From: an uncultured Alphaproteobacteria bacterium
GTDB lineage: Bacteria > Pseudomonadota > Alphaproteobacteria > Acetobacterales > Acetobacteraceae
Direction of reading: 5' to 3'
Length of the DNA: 64,000 bases
NCBI GenBank assembly: GCA_963780095.1
Contig: CAWABH010000053.1
Coordinates: 60,273 to 124,272, forward strand
Shown: positions 1 through 8,764 of the stretch, piece by piece
How positions within the stretch are numbered: position 1 is the stretch's first letter
Layout of the letters: each line of letters opens with the position of its first letter
Made by a program: the position numbers and the translations under genes
Notes under the pieces: generated by a model
Database searches by the model: none
Told to the model about the DNA's origin: nothing
The model's input: the letters and a program-made list of their open reading frames with translations, nothing else

Positions 1-458
1 TCGCGGCCGTCGCCCTGGCGGGTACGATCTACTGGGAGGTGCGGAGTTATTCGGACCCCAATATTGCCACCGTCACGTCAGGTCGTTCGCCGCTGATGGG
101 GACGGTCCGCGCGGCACCTGGGCTTGCCTCGATGGATGTCGTGCGGGGCTGGGTTGCCACCGCGCTCGGCCGCCCGCTGTTCCGCGAGGACCGGCGTCCA
201 CCAAAGACGGCGGATGATGTTGTCCTGAAGGCGGATGCGCCGACGCGCCTGACGGCCGTAATCACGGGGCCGTTCGGCAATCGCGCGATCTTCACATCAG
301 GGGAGAACACGCGGCCGATCGTGGCAAAGGAGGGAGCGCATGTCAGCGACTTCGTGGTTCGCTCGATCCAGCCGGATCAGGTGGTCGTGGAGTCTGATGG
401 CAATGTCCGCACGTTGAAGCCGTCGTTCGCCGGGGATGCCAAATCGCCGCGTCGCTGA
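1..458 (+). CDS. hypothetical protein, 5' end outside the window (weak GspC/PilP-like secretion-accessory resemblance)
   Basis: Frame-3 reading frame is open from the window edge to TGA 456-458. The pattern RPLF..RRPP...P.RL.AVI.G....AIF......V..G..V..F.V..I....VV.E resembles C-terminal beta domains of secretion-system accessory proteins. The similarity is weak. Confidence 0.35.
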   Translation, partial: AAVALAGTIYWEVRSYSDPNIATVTSGRSPLMGTVRAAPGLASMDVVRGWVATALGRPLFREDRRPPKTADDVVLKADAPTRLTAVITGPFGNRAIFTSGENTRPIVAKEGAHVSDFVVRSIQPDQVVVESDGNVRTLKPSFAGDAKSPRR

Positions 459-757
459 CCAGCCGAGCGGGCGCCAAGGGGATCGTGTGCACCTAGGTTG
501 GACGCCCATGCCGTGATCACAATCAACAGCGTCGTCGGCTGCGCCCGCTTGCGACACAGCGCGCGCATCAGTTCCATCAACGGCACGCGGAGCGGCACTT
601 GAGGGCGACGCCAGTGCCGGGCAAACTCGCCGTCCAGTGTTGGCACCCGTCGCGGCCAACATGACCGGCTGGACCCTAAAGGAGAAGTCTCATCAGGCCG
701 TGGCTGTCCGGCGCGCCCATTCCCCTGCGGCGCGCTCTGATCGTCTTCGCCTTCATC

Positions 758-1288
758 GTGCCCGCGTGGTTCGTCGCGCACGCGGCAGAGCTCGACGGCG
801 TACAAATGCCGGACACGCTACAGGTGGACGGGAAGACGTTGCATCTCAATGGCTTCGGGCTACGCACCTACTCGATTCTGGGGATCCACATCTATGTCGC
901 GGGCCTCTACCTGGAACATTTGAACACCGATCCCGAGCAGATCCTTCAGTCACCGGAGACAAAGCTGCTGCGGGTCAGGTTCCTGCGCAGCGTCAGCGCG
1001 GAGGATGCTCGCAAGGCCTGGCGTGAGGGCCTCGCGAACAATTGCCAGGCTCCCTGTCATGTTGAACCGGACGATCTCGAGAGGTTTCTTGCCGAGGTTC
1101 CCGCGATGCAGAACGGTGACGACTTTTCCCTGCTCTTCACGCGGAACGGCGCCACCGTGACGGTCAATGGGCAACAGATCGGCACCATCTCCAATCGGCA
1201 ATTCGCCGAAGCGATGTTGGCCACCTTCCTCGGCCCCAGGCCGGCGTCGCCGAAACTGAAGCAGCAATTGCTCGCGGGTCACGCGTGA
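758..1288 (+). CDS. chalcone isomerase-like (Chalcone_3) family protein, probably periplasmic
   Basis: LHLNGFGLRTYSILGIHIYVAGLYLE and FAEAMLATFLG are typical of bacterial chalcone-isomerase-like proteins. In-frame codons 692-757 encode an RR/hydrophobic/AHA-AE signal peptide but hold no ATG/GTG/TTG, so the true start is unresolved. Confidence 0.7.
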   Translation: MPAWFVAHAAELDGVQMPDTLQVDGKTLHLNGFGLRTYSILGIHIYVAGLYLEHLNTDPEQILQSPETKLLRVRFLRSVSAEDARKAWREGLANNCQAPCHVEPDDLERFLAEVPAMQNGDDFSLLFTRNGATVTVNGQQIGTISNRQFAEAMLATFLGPRPASPKLKQQLLAGHA

Positions 1289-1409
1289 AAATCACGCTGA
1301 ATCGCTCGGGCAAGCGGCGCCCGTCCGAGATTACTGCCGTTAACGATTTGATTACCATTATCAGTTGAGGTTGGGCAGGAAAAATCACGCAAAGAGCGCA
1401 AAACGCGCA

Positions 1410-1423
1410 TTGAGCTTGATCAC
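1410..1423 (+). promoter_or_regulatory. candidate FNR/FixK-type box (TTGAGCTTGATCAC; consensus TTGA-N6-TCAA, 7/8)
   Basis: A near-palindromic TTGA-N6-TCA(c) lies about 77-90 nt upstream of the first hydrogenase-cluster start codon (1500). Single site, no matrix scoring possible. Confidence 0.3.
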
Positions 1424-1499
1424 GGGCTGTGCGAACATTCTGCTAACTCGTGCGGGCAATCTCCGGCGTCGCCGAGGAAGCCTTAGAAGGCTATGGCCC

Positions 1500-2630
1500 A
1501 TGCACGAACACAAGCTGGCTGTGATAACGCCCCAGGGCCTCACCGGTCTGATCGAAAGCCTTCGCTCCGAGGGCTTCCGGGTGATCGGCCCGACGCTACG
1601 CGACCAGTCGATCGTCTATGACGAGATTGAATCGGTTGCCGATCTGCCGGCCGGCTGGACGGACGAACAGGATGGCGGACACTACCGCGTCCGACGGCGC
1701 GACGATGCGGCGCTGTTCGGTTACAACGTGGGTCCGCATTCATGGAAGCGCTTCCTGCACCCGCCAATGTTGGGGCTATGGCGCGCGGAGCGGACGGACG
1801 ACGGCCTGACTGTCACCGGAAGTGCGGCGCCGGCGGAGAAATACGCCTTTCTCGCCGTGCGTTCCTGTGAGTTGCATGCGATCGCCATTCAGGACCGCGT
1901 GCTCCTGCAAGGCCCCTATGTCGATCCGCACTACCAGGCACGTCGGGAGGGGGCCTTCATCGTCGCTGTGAACTGCGGCCAGGCCGGCGGGACCTGCTTC
2001 TGCGTCTCGATGAACACCGGCCCCAAGGCGGCGGCAGGCTTCGATCTCGCGCTCACCGAGTTGCTCGCCGATGAGCACGAATTCCTGGTGGAAGTCGGCA
2101 GCGAACGCGGCGCCGCCCTGCTCGCCAACATTCCGCATCGCACGGCCGAGGCGAAGCACTCCGCCCTGGCCGCGGATGCCGTCGCCCATGCGGAAGGCAA
2201 CATGGGACGGCACATGCGCGCGGACGATGTGCGCGATCTGCTGATGGCCAATCTGGAGCATCCGCGCTGGGACGACGTGGCCGAGCGCTGCCTGACCTGC
2301 GGCAACTGCACGATGGTGTGCCCGACCTGCTTCTGCACTTCAGTGTGGGACGAGAACGACCTCACCGGCAACGTGGCCGAGCGCAAGCGGCGGTGGGATT
2401 CGTGTTTCACCATGGACTTCTCCTACATCCACGGTGGGTCCGTGCGCAGCACGGGGCGGTCGCGCTACCGGCAATGGATGACGCACAAGTTGGCGACCTG
2501 GGTCGATCAGTTTGGCACCTCGGGCTGCGTCGGCTGCGGGCGCTGCATCACATGGTGTCCGGTCGGCATCGACATCACCGAGGAGGTGCGCGCCATCCGA
2601 GGCGAAGGAGGCAGCGATGGAAGGGCTTGA
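1500..2630 (+). CDS. 4Fe-4S dicluster protein, beta-type electron-transfer subunit of a cytosolic NAD(P)-linked [NiFe]-hydrogenase (HyhB/HydB-like)
   Basis: Two ferredoxin-type motifs are present: [16 protein letters not shown] and [15 protein letters not shown]. It is the first gene of an overlapping or tightly spaced six-gene cluster. Start trimmed to ATG 1500 ([13 protein letters not shown]). Confidence 0.8.
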   Translation: MHEHKLAVITPQGLTGLIESLRSEGFRVIGPTLRDQSIVYDEIESVADLPAGWTDEQDGGHYRVRRRDDAALFGYNVGPHSWKRFLHPPMLGLWRAERTDDGLTVTGSAAPAEKYAFLAVRSCELHAIAIQDRVLLQGPYVDPHYQARREGAFIVAVNCGQAGGTCFCVSMNTGPKAAAGFDLALTELLADEHEFLVEVGSERGAALLANIPHRTAEAKHSALAADAVAHAEGNMGRHMRADDVRDLLMANLEHPRWDDVAERCLTCGNCTMVCPTCFCTSVWDENDLTGNVAERKRRWDSCFTMDFSYIHGGSVRSTGRSRYRQWMTHKLATWVDQFGTSGCVGCGRCITWCPVGIDITEEVRAIRGEGGSDGRA

Positions 2631-3078
2631 GCGCATCGTCTCCGAGCACAGGCTGTTCGAGGGACTTGGCGAGGGGTTTGTCAATCTCGCGGCGGGATGC
2701 GCGAAGAATGTGCGGTTCAATGCTGACCAGTACCTGTTCCATGCCGAGGACCCGGCGGACTGGATCTATCTGATCCGTCACGGCCGCGTCGCACTGGAAA
2801 TGGCAACGCCAGGCCGTGGCGCGGTACAGTTCGAGACGCTGGGCGAGGGCGACATTGTCGGGCTGACCTGGCTGCTGCCGCCGTATCGCTGGGGCTACGA
2901 CGCGCGCGCGACCGAACTTGTGCGTGCAATCGCGCTCGATGCGAAGTGTCTGCGTGACAAGTGCGAGGTGGACCACGATCTCGGCTACGAACTGTTGAAA
3001 CGCTTCCTGCCCGTGCTGGTGCAACGGCTGCAGGCCATGCGACTGCAGCTTCTGGACGTCTATGGACCGCCTCGCTGA
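2617..3078 (+). CDS. cyclic nucleotide-binding domain protein (Crp/Fnr-type cNMP domain only, no HTH)
   Basis: [46 protein letters not shown] is a cNMP-binding beta-barrel. At 153 aa it is too short for a DNA-binding domain. RBS AGGAGG is upstream, and it overlaps the preceding gene by 14 nt. Confidence 0.75.
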   Translation: MEGLERIVSEHRLFEGLGEGFVNLAAGCAKNVRFNADQYLFHAEDPADWIYLIRHGRVALEMATPGRGAVQFETLGEGDIVGLTWLLPPYRWGYDARATELVRAIALDAKCLRDKCEVDHDLGYELLKRFLPVLVQRLQAMRLQLLDVYGPPR

Positions 3079-3922
3079 ACGCCCGCCGTTGGTGGCCGCC
3101 GATGCCATGGTGCCGCGAATTGCGCGTGTGGCTCGGCGCGTGCGCGAGCTGCCCGACACCTGGACACTTGATCTGGTCTCGCCGGATGGCAGTCCGTTGA
3201 TGCGCTACGCGCCCGGTCAGTTCACCATGATGTACGTCCTTGGCGTCGGCGAGATCCCGGTCAGCATCAGCGGTGACGCGTCGGATGCAACGCGGCTCGT
3301 GCAGACCGTTCGCGCGGTCGGCAAGGTGAGCGAGGCGGTCACCAAACTGTCCCGCGGTGACACGCTCGGTCTCCGCGGTCCGTATGGCACCGCCTGGCCG
3401 GTGGCGGATGGCTATGGCCGCGACGTGGTTGTGGTTGCCGGCGGGCTGGGCCTCGCGCCGCTGCGGCCGGCGCTGTACCAGCTCCAGGCGGAGCGCAGGC
3501 GCTTCGGCAAGCTCGTGCTGCTATACGGGACGCGCCGGCCGGAGGACATTCTCTTCCGCCGGCAACTCGCGGGCTGGCGGCGACAGCTCGACATGGCGAT
3601 CGAGGTCACGGTCGATCGCGCCGGCACCGACTGGCGTGGCCATGTTGGGGTGGTGACCAAGCTGATTCCGCGCCTAGGCATCGATGCCGAAAATGCAATG
3701 GCACTGGTGTGCGGCCCGGAGGTGATGATGCGCTTCGCCGCGAGCGCGCTGAGCGACATCGGTATGCCGGACGAGACGATCCATCTATCGCTGGAACGCA
3801 ACATGAAATGCGCTGTCGGCCTGTGCGGCCACTGCCAGTTTGCCGGCAGTTTCGTCTGCAAGGACGGCGCCGTGATGCGCTACGACAATGTGCGCCGGTT
3901 GCTGGCGCTAAGGGAGATATGA
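3062..3922 (+). CDS. FAD/NAD(P)-binding oxidoreductase with C-terminal 2Fe-2S motif, gamma-type hydrogenase subunit (HyhG/HydG-like)
   Basis: Ferredoxin-reductase-like fold signatures are PGQFTMMYV and [14 protein letters not shown], with a C-terminal [20 protein letters not shown]. The alternative start is ATG 3107. Confidence 0.8.
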   Translation: MDRLAERPPLVAADAMVPRIARVARRVRELPDTWTLDLVSPDGSPLMRYAPGQFTMMYVLGVGEIPVSISGDASDATRLVQTVRAVGKVSEAVTKLSRGDTLGLRGPYGTAWPVADGYGRDVVVVAGGLGLAPLRPALYQLQAERRRFGKLVLLYGTRRPEDILFRRQLAGWRRQLDMAIEVTVDRAGTDWRGHVGVVTKLIPRLGIDAENAMALVCGPEVMMRFAASALSDIGMPDETIHLSLERNMKCAVGLCGHCQFAGSFVCKDGAVMRYDNVRRLLALREI

Positions 3923-4692
3923 TGGCCGACCACCGCAAGCCCAAGCTCGCCGTCTGGAAATTCGCCTCCTGCGATGGCTGCCAGCTTTCGCTGCTCGACT
4001 GCGAGGACGAAATTCTGGCGGTGGCCGGCGCAATCGACATCGCGTATTTCCCCGAGGCAACCCGCGGTGTCGTGCGCGGGCCGTACGACGTGTCGCTGGT
4101 CGAGGGCTCGGTCACCACCCCGCATGACGCCGAACGGCTTCACGCGGTACGGCGGCAGACGCGCACGCTGATCACCATCGGCGCGTGCGCCACGGCGGGC
4201 GGCATCCAGGCGCTGCGCAACTTCAAGGACGTGCGCGAGTTCACTCAGGCAGTTTATGCGCGACCCGAGTTCATCGACACTCTGGCAACCTCCACGCCGA
4301 TCAAGGCGCATGTCAACGTCGATTACGAATTGCACGGCTGCCCGATCAGCAAGCAGCAGCTGCTCGAGGTGCTCACGGCCTTTCTCAACGCACGCAAGCC
4401 GAACATCCCGCCGCACAGCGTCTGCGTCGAATGCAAACTCCGTGGCACCGCCTGCGTTCTTGTGCGCGGCATCCCGTGCCTCGGCCCGGTGACACACGCC
4501 GGCTGTGGTGCAATCTGCCCCGCCTACAACCGCGGCTGCTATGGCTGTTTCGGTCCCATGGAGACGCCGAACACCGTATCGCTGAGCCGCAAGCTGGCTG
4601 CGTGCGGCGATGAAGGAGCGCGACCTTCAGCGCGTCTACAGCACGTTCAATGTCGGCGAGCCGCCGTTCCGCCAGGAAAGCGCGCGGCATGA
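3919..4692 (+). CDS. [NiFe]-hydrogenase small (delta/NuoB-like) subunit; C-terminal about 28 codons probably out of frame
   Basis: [31 protein letters not shown] and ..[38 protein letters not shown] carry the expected motifs. The ATG overlaps the upstream stop (ATGA). After ..KLAACG the tail becomes Arg/Ala/Pro-rich, while the +1 frame from 4610 reads [29 protein letters not shown] (to 4699). Confidence 0.8.
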   Translation: MMADHRKPKLAVWKFASCDGCQLSLLDCEDEILAVAGAIDIAYFPEATRGVVRGPYDVSLVEGSVTTPHDAERLHAVRRQTRTLITIGACATAGGIQALRNFKDVREFTQAVYARPEFIDTLATSTPIKAHVNVDYELHGCPISKQQLLEVLTAFLNARKPNIPPHSVCVECKLRGTACVLVRGIPCLGPVTHAGCGAICPAYNRGCYGCFGPMETPNTVSLSRKLAACGDEGARPSARLQHVQCRRAAVPPGKRAA

Positions 4693-5975
4693 ACCGTAAG
4701 ACGATCAAGGTCGATTACCTCGCCCGCGTGGAGGGCGAGGGCGGCGTGCGCATCACATTCGAGGACCGCATCGTGCGCAACGTCGAATTGCGCATATTCG
4801 AGCCGCCGCGCTTCTTCGAGGCCTTCCTGCGCGGACGCGACTATACCGAAGCGCCCGACATCACCGCGCGCATCTGTGGTATCTGCCCGGTCGCCTACCA
4901 GATGAGCGCGGTGCACGCGATGGAGGACGCGCTCGGCGTCACGGTCAGCGAACCTGTGCGGGAGCTACGGCGGCTGCTGTATTGCGGCGAATGGATCGAG
5001 AGCCACGTGCTTCACATCTACATGCTGCACGCGCCCGACTTCCTGGGCTACCAGGGCGCGATCGAGATGGCGAAGGACCATGGCGACGTCGTGCGCAAGG
5101 GCCTCGAACTGAAGAAGGTCGGCAACGAGATTCTGGAACTTCTCGGTGGGCGCGCGATCCATCCGGTCAATGTGCGGGTGGGCGGCTTCTACCGCACGCC
5201 TTCGCGCCGCGAGTTACGGCCCCTGGCCGAGAATCTGCGGCGCGCGCGCGACATCGCCCAGGCAACGGTGCGCTTTGTGTCCGGCTTCGATTTCCCCGAT
5301 TGCGAGCGCGACTACGAGTTTGTCGCACTCGGCGCGGCGGGCGAATACCCGTTCAACGCCGGCCACGTCGTGTCGAACAAGGGCTTGGACATCACGCCGC
5401 AGGAGTATGACGCGCATTTCGAGGAGTTGCATGTAAAGCGTTCCAACGCGCTGCACTCGCATTTGCGCGGCCGGCCCTACCTTACCGGCCCGATTGCGCG
5501 CTACAGCCTGAATTCCAATCTGCTCTCGCCGCTGGCGCGCGAGGCGGCGAAGGAGGCCGGGTTGGGCCCGACCTGCAACAATCCGTTCCGCAGCATTGTG
5601 GTGCGCGCGGTGGAGGTGGTGTACGCGTGCGACGAGGCGCTTCGCATTATCGATGCATACCAGGAGCCGGAGCACCCGCATCTCGATCTGTCGCCGCGTG
5701 CCGGGACTGGCTATGCCTGCACCGAAGCGCCGCGCGGCATGCTGTATCACCGTTACCGGCTGGACGCAGACGGAACCATCCAGGATGCCAAGATCGTGCC
5801 GCCGACTTCGCAGAATCAGCCGAGCATCGAGGACGATCTGAAGAACTTTGCCGCCGACTGGCTGGACATGCCGGAAGAAGCGCTGCGGATCCGCTGCGAG
5901 CAGGCGGTACGAAATCATGATCCATGTATCTCCTGCGCGACGCACTTTCTGAAGCTGGAAGTTGTGCGTGGCTGA
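4689..5975 (+). CDS. [NiFe]-hydrogenase large (alpha) subunit, group 3-like
   Basis: N-terminal [10 protein letters not shown] and C-terminal DPCISCATH nickel-binding motifs, followed by a short extension (FLKLEVVRG) for proteolytic maturation. Starts [19 protein letters not shown]. Confidence 0.9.
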   Translation: MNRKTIKVDYLARVEGEGGVRITFEDRIVRNVELRIFEPPRFFEAFLRGRDYTEAPDITARICGICPVAYQMSAVHAMEDALGVTVSEPVRELRRLLYCGEWIESHVLHIYMLHAPDFLGYQGAIEMAKDHGDVVRKGLELKKVGNEILELLGGRAIHPVNVRVGGFYRTPSRRELRPLAENLRRARDIAQATVRFVSGFDFPDCERDYEFVALGAAGEYPFNAGHVVSNKGLDITPQEYDAHFEELHVKRSNALHSHLRGRPYLTGPIARYSLNSNLLSPLAREAAKEAGLGPTCNNPFRSIVVRAVEVVYACDEALRIIDAYQEPEHPHLDLSPRAGTGYACTEAPRGMLYHRYRLDADGTIQDAKIVPPTSQNQPSIEDDLKNFAADWLDMPEEALRIRCEQAVRNHDPCISCATHFLKLEVVRG

Positions 5976-6459
5976 GCGGCTGGTGCTCGGCATCGGCAAT
6001 CCTGATCGAGGCGACGATGCAGTGGGCCGGCTGATTGCGCGAACCCTGCGAACGCGAGTGCCGGCGGATGTGCAGGTTTCCGAACAGGACGGCGAAGCGA
6101 CGGCGCTCGTTGCCGAGCTTCAGTCAGCGCGACGTGCGTGGCTGATCGATGCTGCCCGATCCGGCGCCCCACCCGGCACGATCCAGCGCATCGATTGTTC
6201 CACCGCCGATCTTGCCACCGCGCTCGGCACCGTCTCGTCGCACGGCTTCGGTGTAGCCGAGGCGATTGCGCTCGCGCGTGCGCTGGAGGTGCTGCCGCTT
6301 CAGTGCATTGTCTATGCTGTCGAGGCGGCGGACTTCACCGACGGGGCTGTGCTGACGCACGCGGTGGCGAAAGCGATGGATAATGTCGTGGAGCAAATTC
6401 TGGCGGACCTACGGAGCCCCTCCCCGACCCTCCCCCGCTCGCGGGAGAGGGAGCCCTAA
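5962..6459 (+). CDS. hydrogenase maturation endopeptidase (HoxW/HyaD family)
   Basis: [16 protein letters not shown] ... SSHGFG are motifs of the HycI/HyaD protease family. It overlaps the large-subunit stop. The last about 14 codons lie inside a REP element. Confidence 0.8.
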   Translation: MCVAERLVLGIGNPDRGDDAVGRLIARTLRTRVPADVQVSEQDGEATALVAELQSARRAWLIDAARSGAPPGTIQRIDCSTADLATALGTVSSHGFGVAEAIALARALEVLPLQCIVYAVEAADFTDGAVLTHAVAKAMDNVVEQILADLRSPSPTLPRSREREP

Positions 6460-6496
6460 ACTCTCTCCCGCGAAGCGGGGGAGGGTCGGCGTGGGG
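6417..6496. repeat. REP-B palindromic element (CCCCTCCCCGACCCTCCCCCGCTCGCGGGAGAG / CTCTCCCGCGAAGCGGGGGAGGGTCGG)
   Basis: About 33-nt inverted arms sit between convergent genes. A second copy lies at 54750-54838. Confidence 0.85.
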
Positions 6497-6497
6497 G

Positions 6498-7817
6498 TTA
6501 CTCCGCCGCCGCCTTCACGCCACCGCCGGCGGCATCCAGCGCCTGCGACAGATCGGCGATGATATCGTCGATGTGCTCGATGCCCACCGACAGCCGGATA
6601 TAGCCCGGCGTCACACCCGTCGCGAGCTGTTCCGCCGCTGTAAGCTGCGAATGGGTCGTGCTGGCCGGATGGATCGCTAGGCTCCGCGAATCGCCGATGT
6701 TCGCCACGTGGTAGAACATCTTCAGCGCATCGATGAACGCGCGGCCCGCTTCGATGCCGCCGGCCAGCTCAAACCCGAGCAATCCGCCCTGACCATGCGG
6801 CAGATACTTCGCCGTGCGCTCCGCCGCGACGCCCTTGTGAAACGCCGGATGGATGACCCGTGTCACCTCACTGCGTCCCGATAAATACTGTGCCACCGCC
6901 AGCGTATTCTTGCAGTGCTCGCGCATGCGCAGCGGCATGCTCTCAAGACCCTGGATGAACAGGAACGCATTGAACGGGCTCATCGCCGCGCCGAGGTCGC
7001 GCAACAGCACGACGCGCATGCGCAGGATATAGGCGATCGGCCCCAGCGGCTTGGCTGCTTCAGCCCAGACCGCGCCATGATAACTGGGGTCCGGCGTGTT
7101 CAGCAGCGGCTGACGTGCCTTATGCTGATCCCAGGGGAAGTTGCCGCCATCGATCACCACGCCGCCGATCGAAGTGCCATGGCCGCCGATGTACTTTGTC
7201 GTAGAATACATCACCACCGCAGCGCCATGATCGAACGGCCGCACCAGGATCGGCGCGGCGGTGTTGTCCATGATCAGCGGAATGCCAAATCGCCGCCCGA
7301 TCGCGGCAACCTCGGCGATGGGAAACGCGATCAGTTTCGGGTTCGGCAGCGTCTCGGCGTAGTAGGCGCGCGTGCGGTCGTCGGTGGCGCGTGCGAACGC
7401 CTCCGGGTCGGTTGGATCGACGAAGCGCGTCTCGATCCCCTGGTCCTTCAGCGTGTTGGCGAAGAGATTCCAGGTGCCGCCATACAGGTCGGTGGAGCTG
7501 ACGATATTGTCGCCGACGCGTGCCAGGTTCTGCACCGAGAAGCCCGACGCCGCCTGGCCCGAGGCGAGCGCGAGCGCCGCGACACCGCCCTCTAGCGCGG
7601 CGACGCGCTTCTCAAACACATCCTGCGTCGGGTTCATGATGCGGGTGTATATGTTGCCCAGTTCCTTCAGGCCGAACAGGTTTGCCGCGTGTTCGGCGCT
7701 GTCGAACTGGTAGGACGTGGTCTGGTAGATCGGCACTGCGACGGCATTGGTTGCAGGATCGCGCCGCCAGCCGGCGTGCAGCGCCAGAGTCTCCGGATGC
7801 TTCATCTCATTGGACAT
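6498..7817 (-). CDS. metY: O-acetylhomoserine aminocarboxypropyltransferase (sulfhydrylase), PLP-dependent
   Basis: 439 aa. HPETLALHAG..PIYQTTSYQFDS..GNIYTRIMNPT..STTKYIGGHG match the Cys/Met-metabolism PLP enzyme family, MetY type. Confidence 0.9.
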   Translation of the reverse strand: MSNEMKHPETLALHAGWRRDPATNAVAVPIYQTTSYQFDSAEHAANLFGLKELGNIYTRIMNPTQDVFEKRVAALEGGVAALALASGQAASGFSVQNLARVGDNIVSSTDLYGGTWNLFANTLKDQGIETRFVDPTDPEAFARATDDRTRAYYAETLPNPKLIAFPIAEVAAIGRRFGIPLIMDNTAAPILVRPFDHGAAVVMYSTTKYIGGHGTSIGGVVIDGGNFPWDQHKARQPLLNTPDPSYHGAVWAEAAKPLGPIAYILRMRVVLLRDLGAAMSPFNAFLFIQGLESMPLRMREHCKNTLAVAQYLSGRSEVTRVIHPAFHKGVAAERTAKYLPHGQGGLLGFELAGGIEAGRAFIDALKMFYHVANIGDSRSLAIHPASTTHSQLTAAEQLATGVTPGYIRLSVGIEHIDDIIADLSQALDAAGGGVKAAAE

Positions 7818-7880
7818 GGTGTGTTCCCCGGTTGAATTTCGCCGACTATAGCCGACGGCGGCCGTGGGTGCGTGCGCCCG

Positions 7881-8582
7881 CTACGCCGCCCGCTGCCGCA
7901 GGATCTGTTGGCCTTTGCGCAATGCCTCCGCCATGGTCTCCGCCGGCATCGCGCCGGAGAACAGGCTGTAGCCGTCGAGGAAGAAGGCCGGCACGCCAGT
8001 CACGTCCGCCTCGCGGGCCGCCCGGTCGGCCGTCAGCATTTCATTCGCCGCAACATTGCCAGCCAGGAAGTCGGCCACCGATGCGCGGTCCATTCCGGCC
8101 TCAGCGGCACAGTCTGCCAGCACGGCGATGTCGCCGATGTCGCGGCCCAGGGTGAAGTAGGCCGCAAACACCGCCTCCATCACGGCGTCCTGCACGCCTT
8201 CCTTGCCGGCCAGCCAGATCAGCCGATGCGCATCGAGTGTGTTCGGTGTCCGCAGCATCAGGTCCTGGCGGAAGCTCAGGCCGACACCGGCCGCCGCGGT
8301 GGCAACGCGTTCATCCAGTTCGCGTGCCCGCTCCGCGCTACCGAACTTCACTGCGCGATAGGCCATGCGGTCGCGGCCTTCCTTCGGCATATCGGGGTTG
8401 AGCTGGAATGGATTCCAGTGGACCGCGAAGCGCAGCCCCTCGGGTGCCAGCAGCGCCAGCGCGCGTTCGAGCTGTCGCTTGCCGATATAGCACCACGGGC
8501 AGATCGCGTCGGAGACGATGTCGATCCGAGAACCAACCGATGTCGCGGTGTGCGCCGCGCCTTCCGATATGCTGCCGTCCAT
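7881..8582 (-). CDS. DsbA-family thiol oxidoreductase (FrnE/HCCA-isomerase-like)
   Basis: CPWC active site within IDIVSDAICPWCYIGKRQLE. Start trimmed to ATG 8582, which is preceded by GGAGGAG. Confidence 0.8.
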   Translation of the reverse strand: MDGSISEGAAHTATSVGSRIDIVSDAICPWCYIGKRQLERALALLAPEGLRFAVHWNPFQLNPDMPKEGRDRMAYRAVKFGSAERARELDERVATAAAGVGLSFRQDLMLRTPNTLDAHRLIWLAGKEGVQDAVMEAVFAAYFTLGRDIGDIAVLADCAAEAGMDRASVADFLAGNVAANEMLTADRAAREADVTGVPAFFLDGYSLFSGAMPAETMAEALRKGQQILRQRAA

Positions 8583-8764
8583 CGCTTTCACTCCTCCGTG
8601 TTTCCGCCAACATGGGCGCGAACGGCCCATGATTCCAGCGGGAGCCGGCCGAATGGCAGGATGGTATCCGGCATTGGGTTCACTTGCCACATGCTTGCTC
8701 TCATGCGGAAATTGGCCATTCGAAGGTACGGCGCCGTGAGATTCGCCGAACAGGAGGAGAGACC

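Noticed and set aside
7818-7880. A possible SAM riboswitch or leader upstream of metY.
   Set aside because: The gap to the co-oriented upstream dsbA-like gene is only 63 nt. I could not recognise SAM-II-type conserved segments, so metY may simply be co-transcribed.
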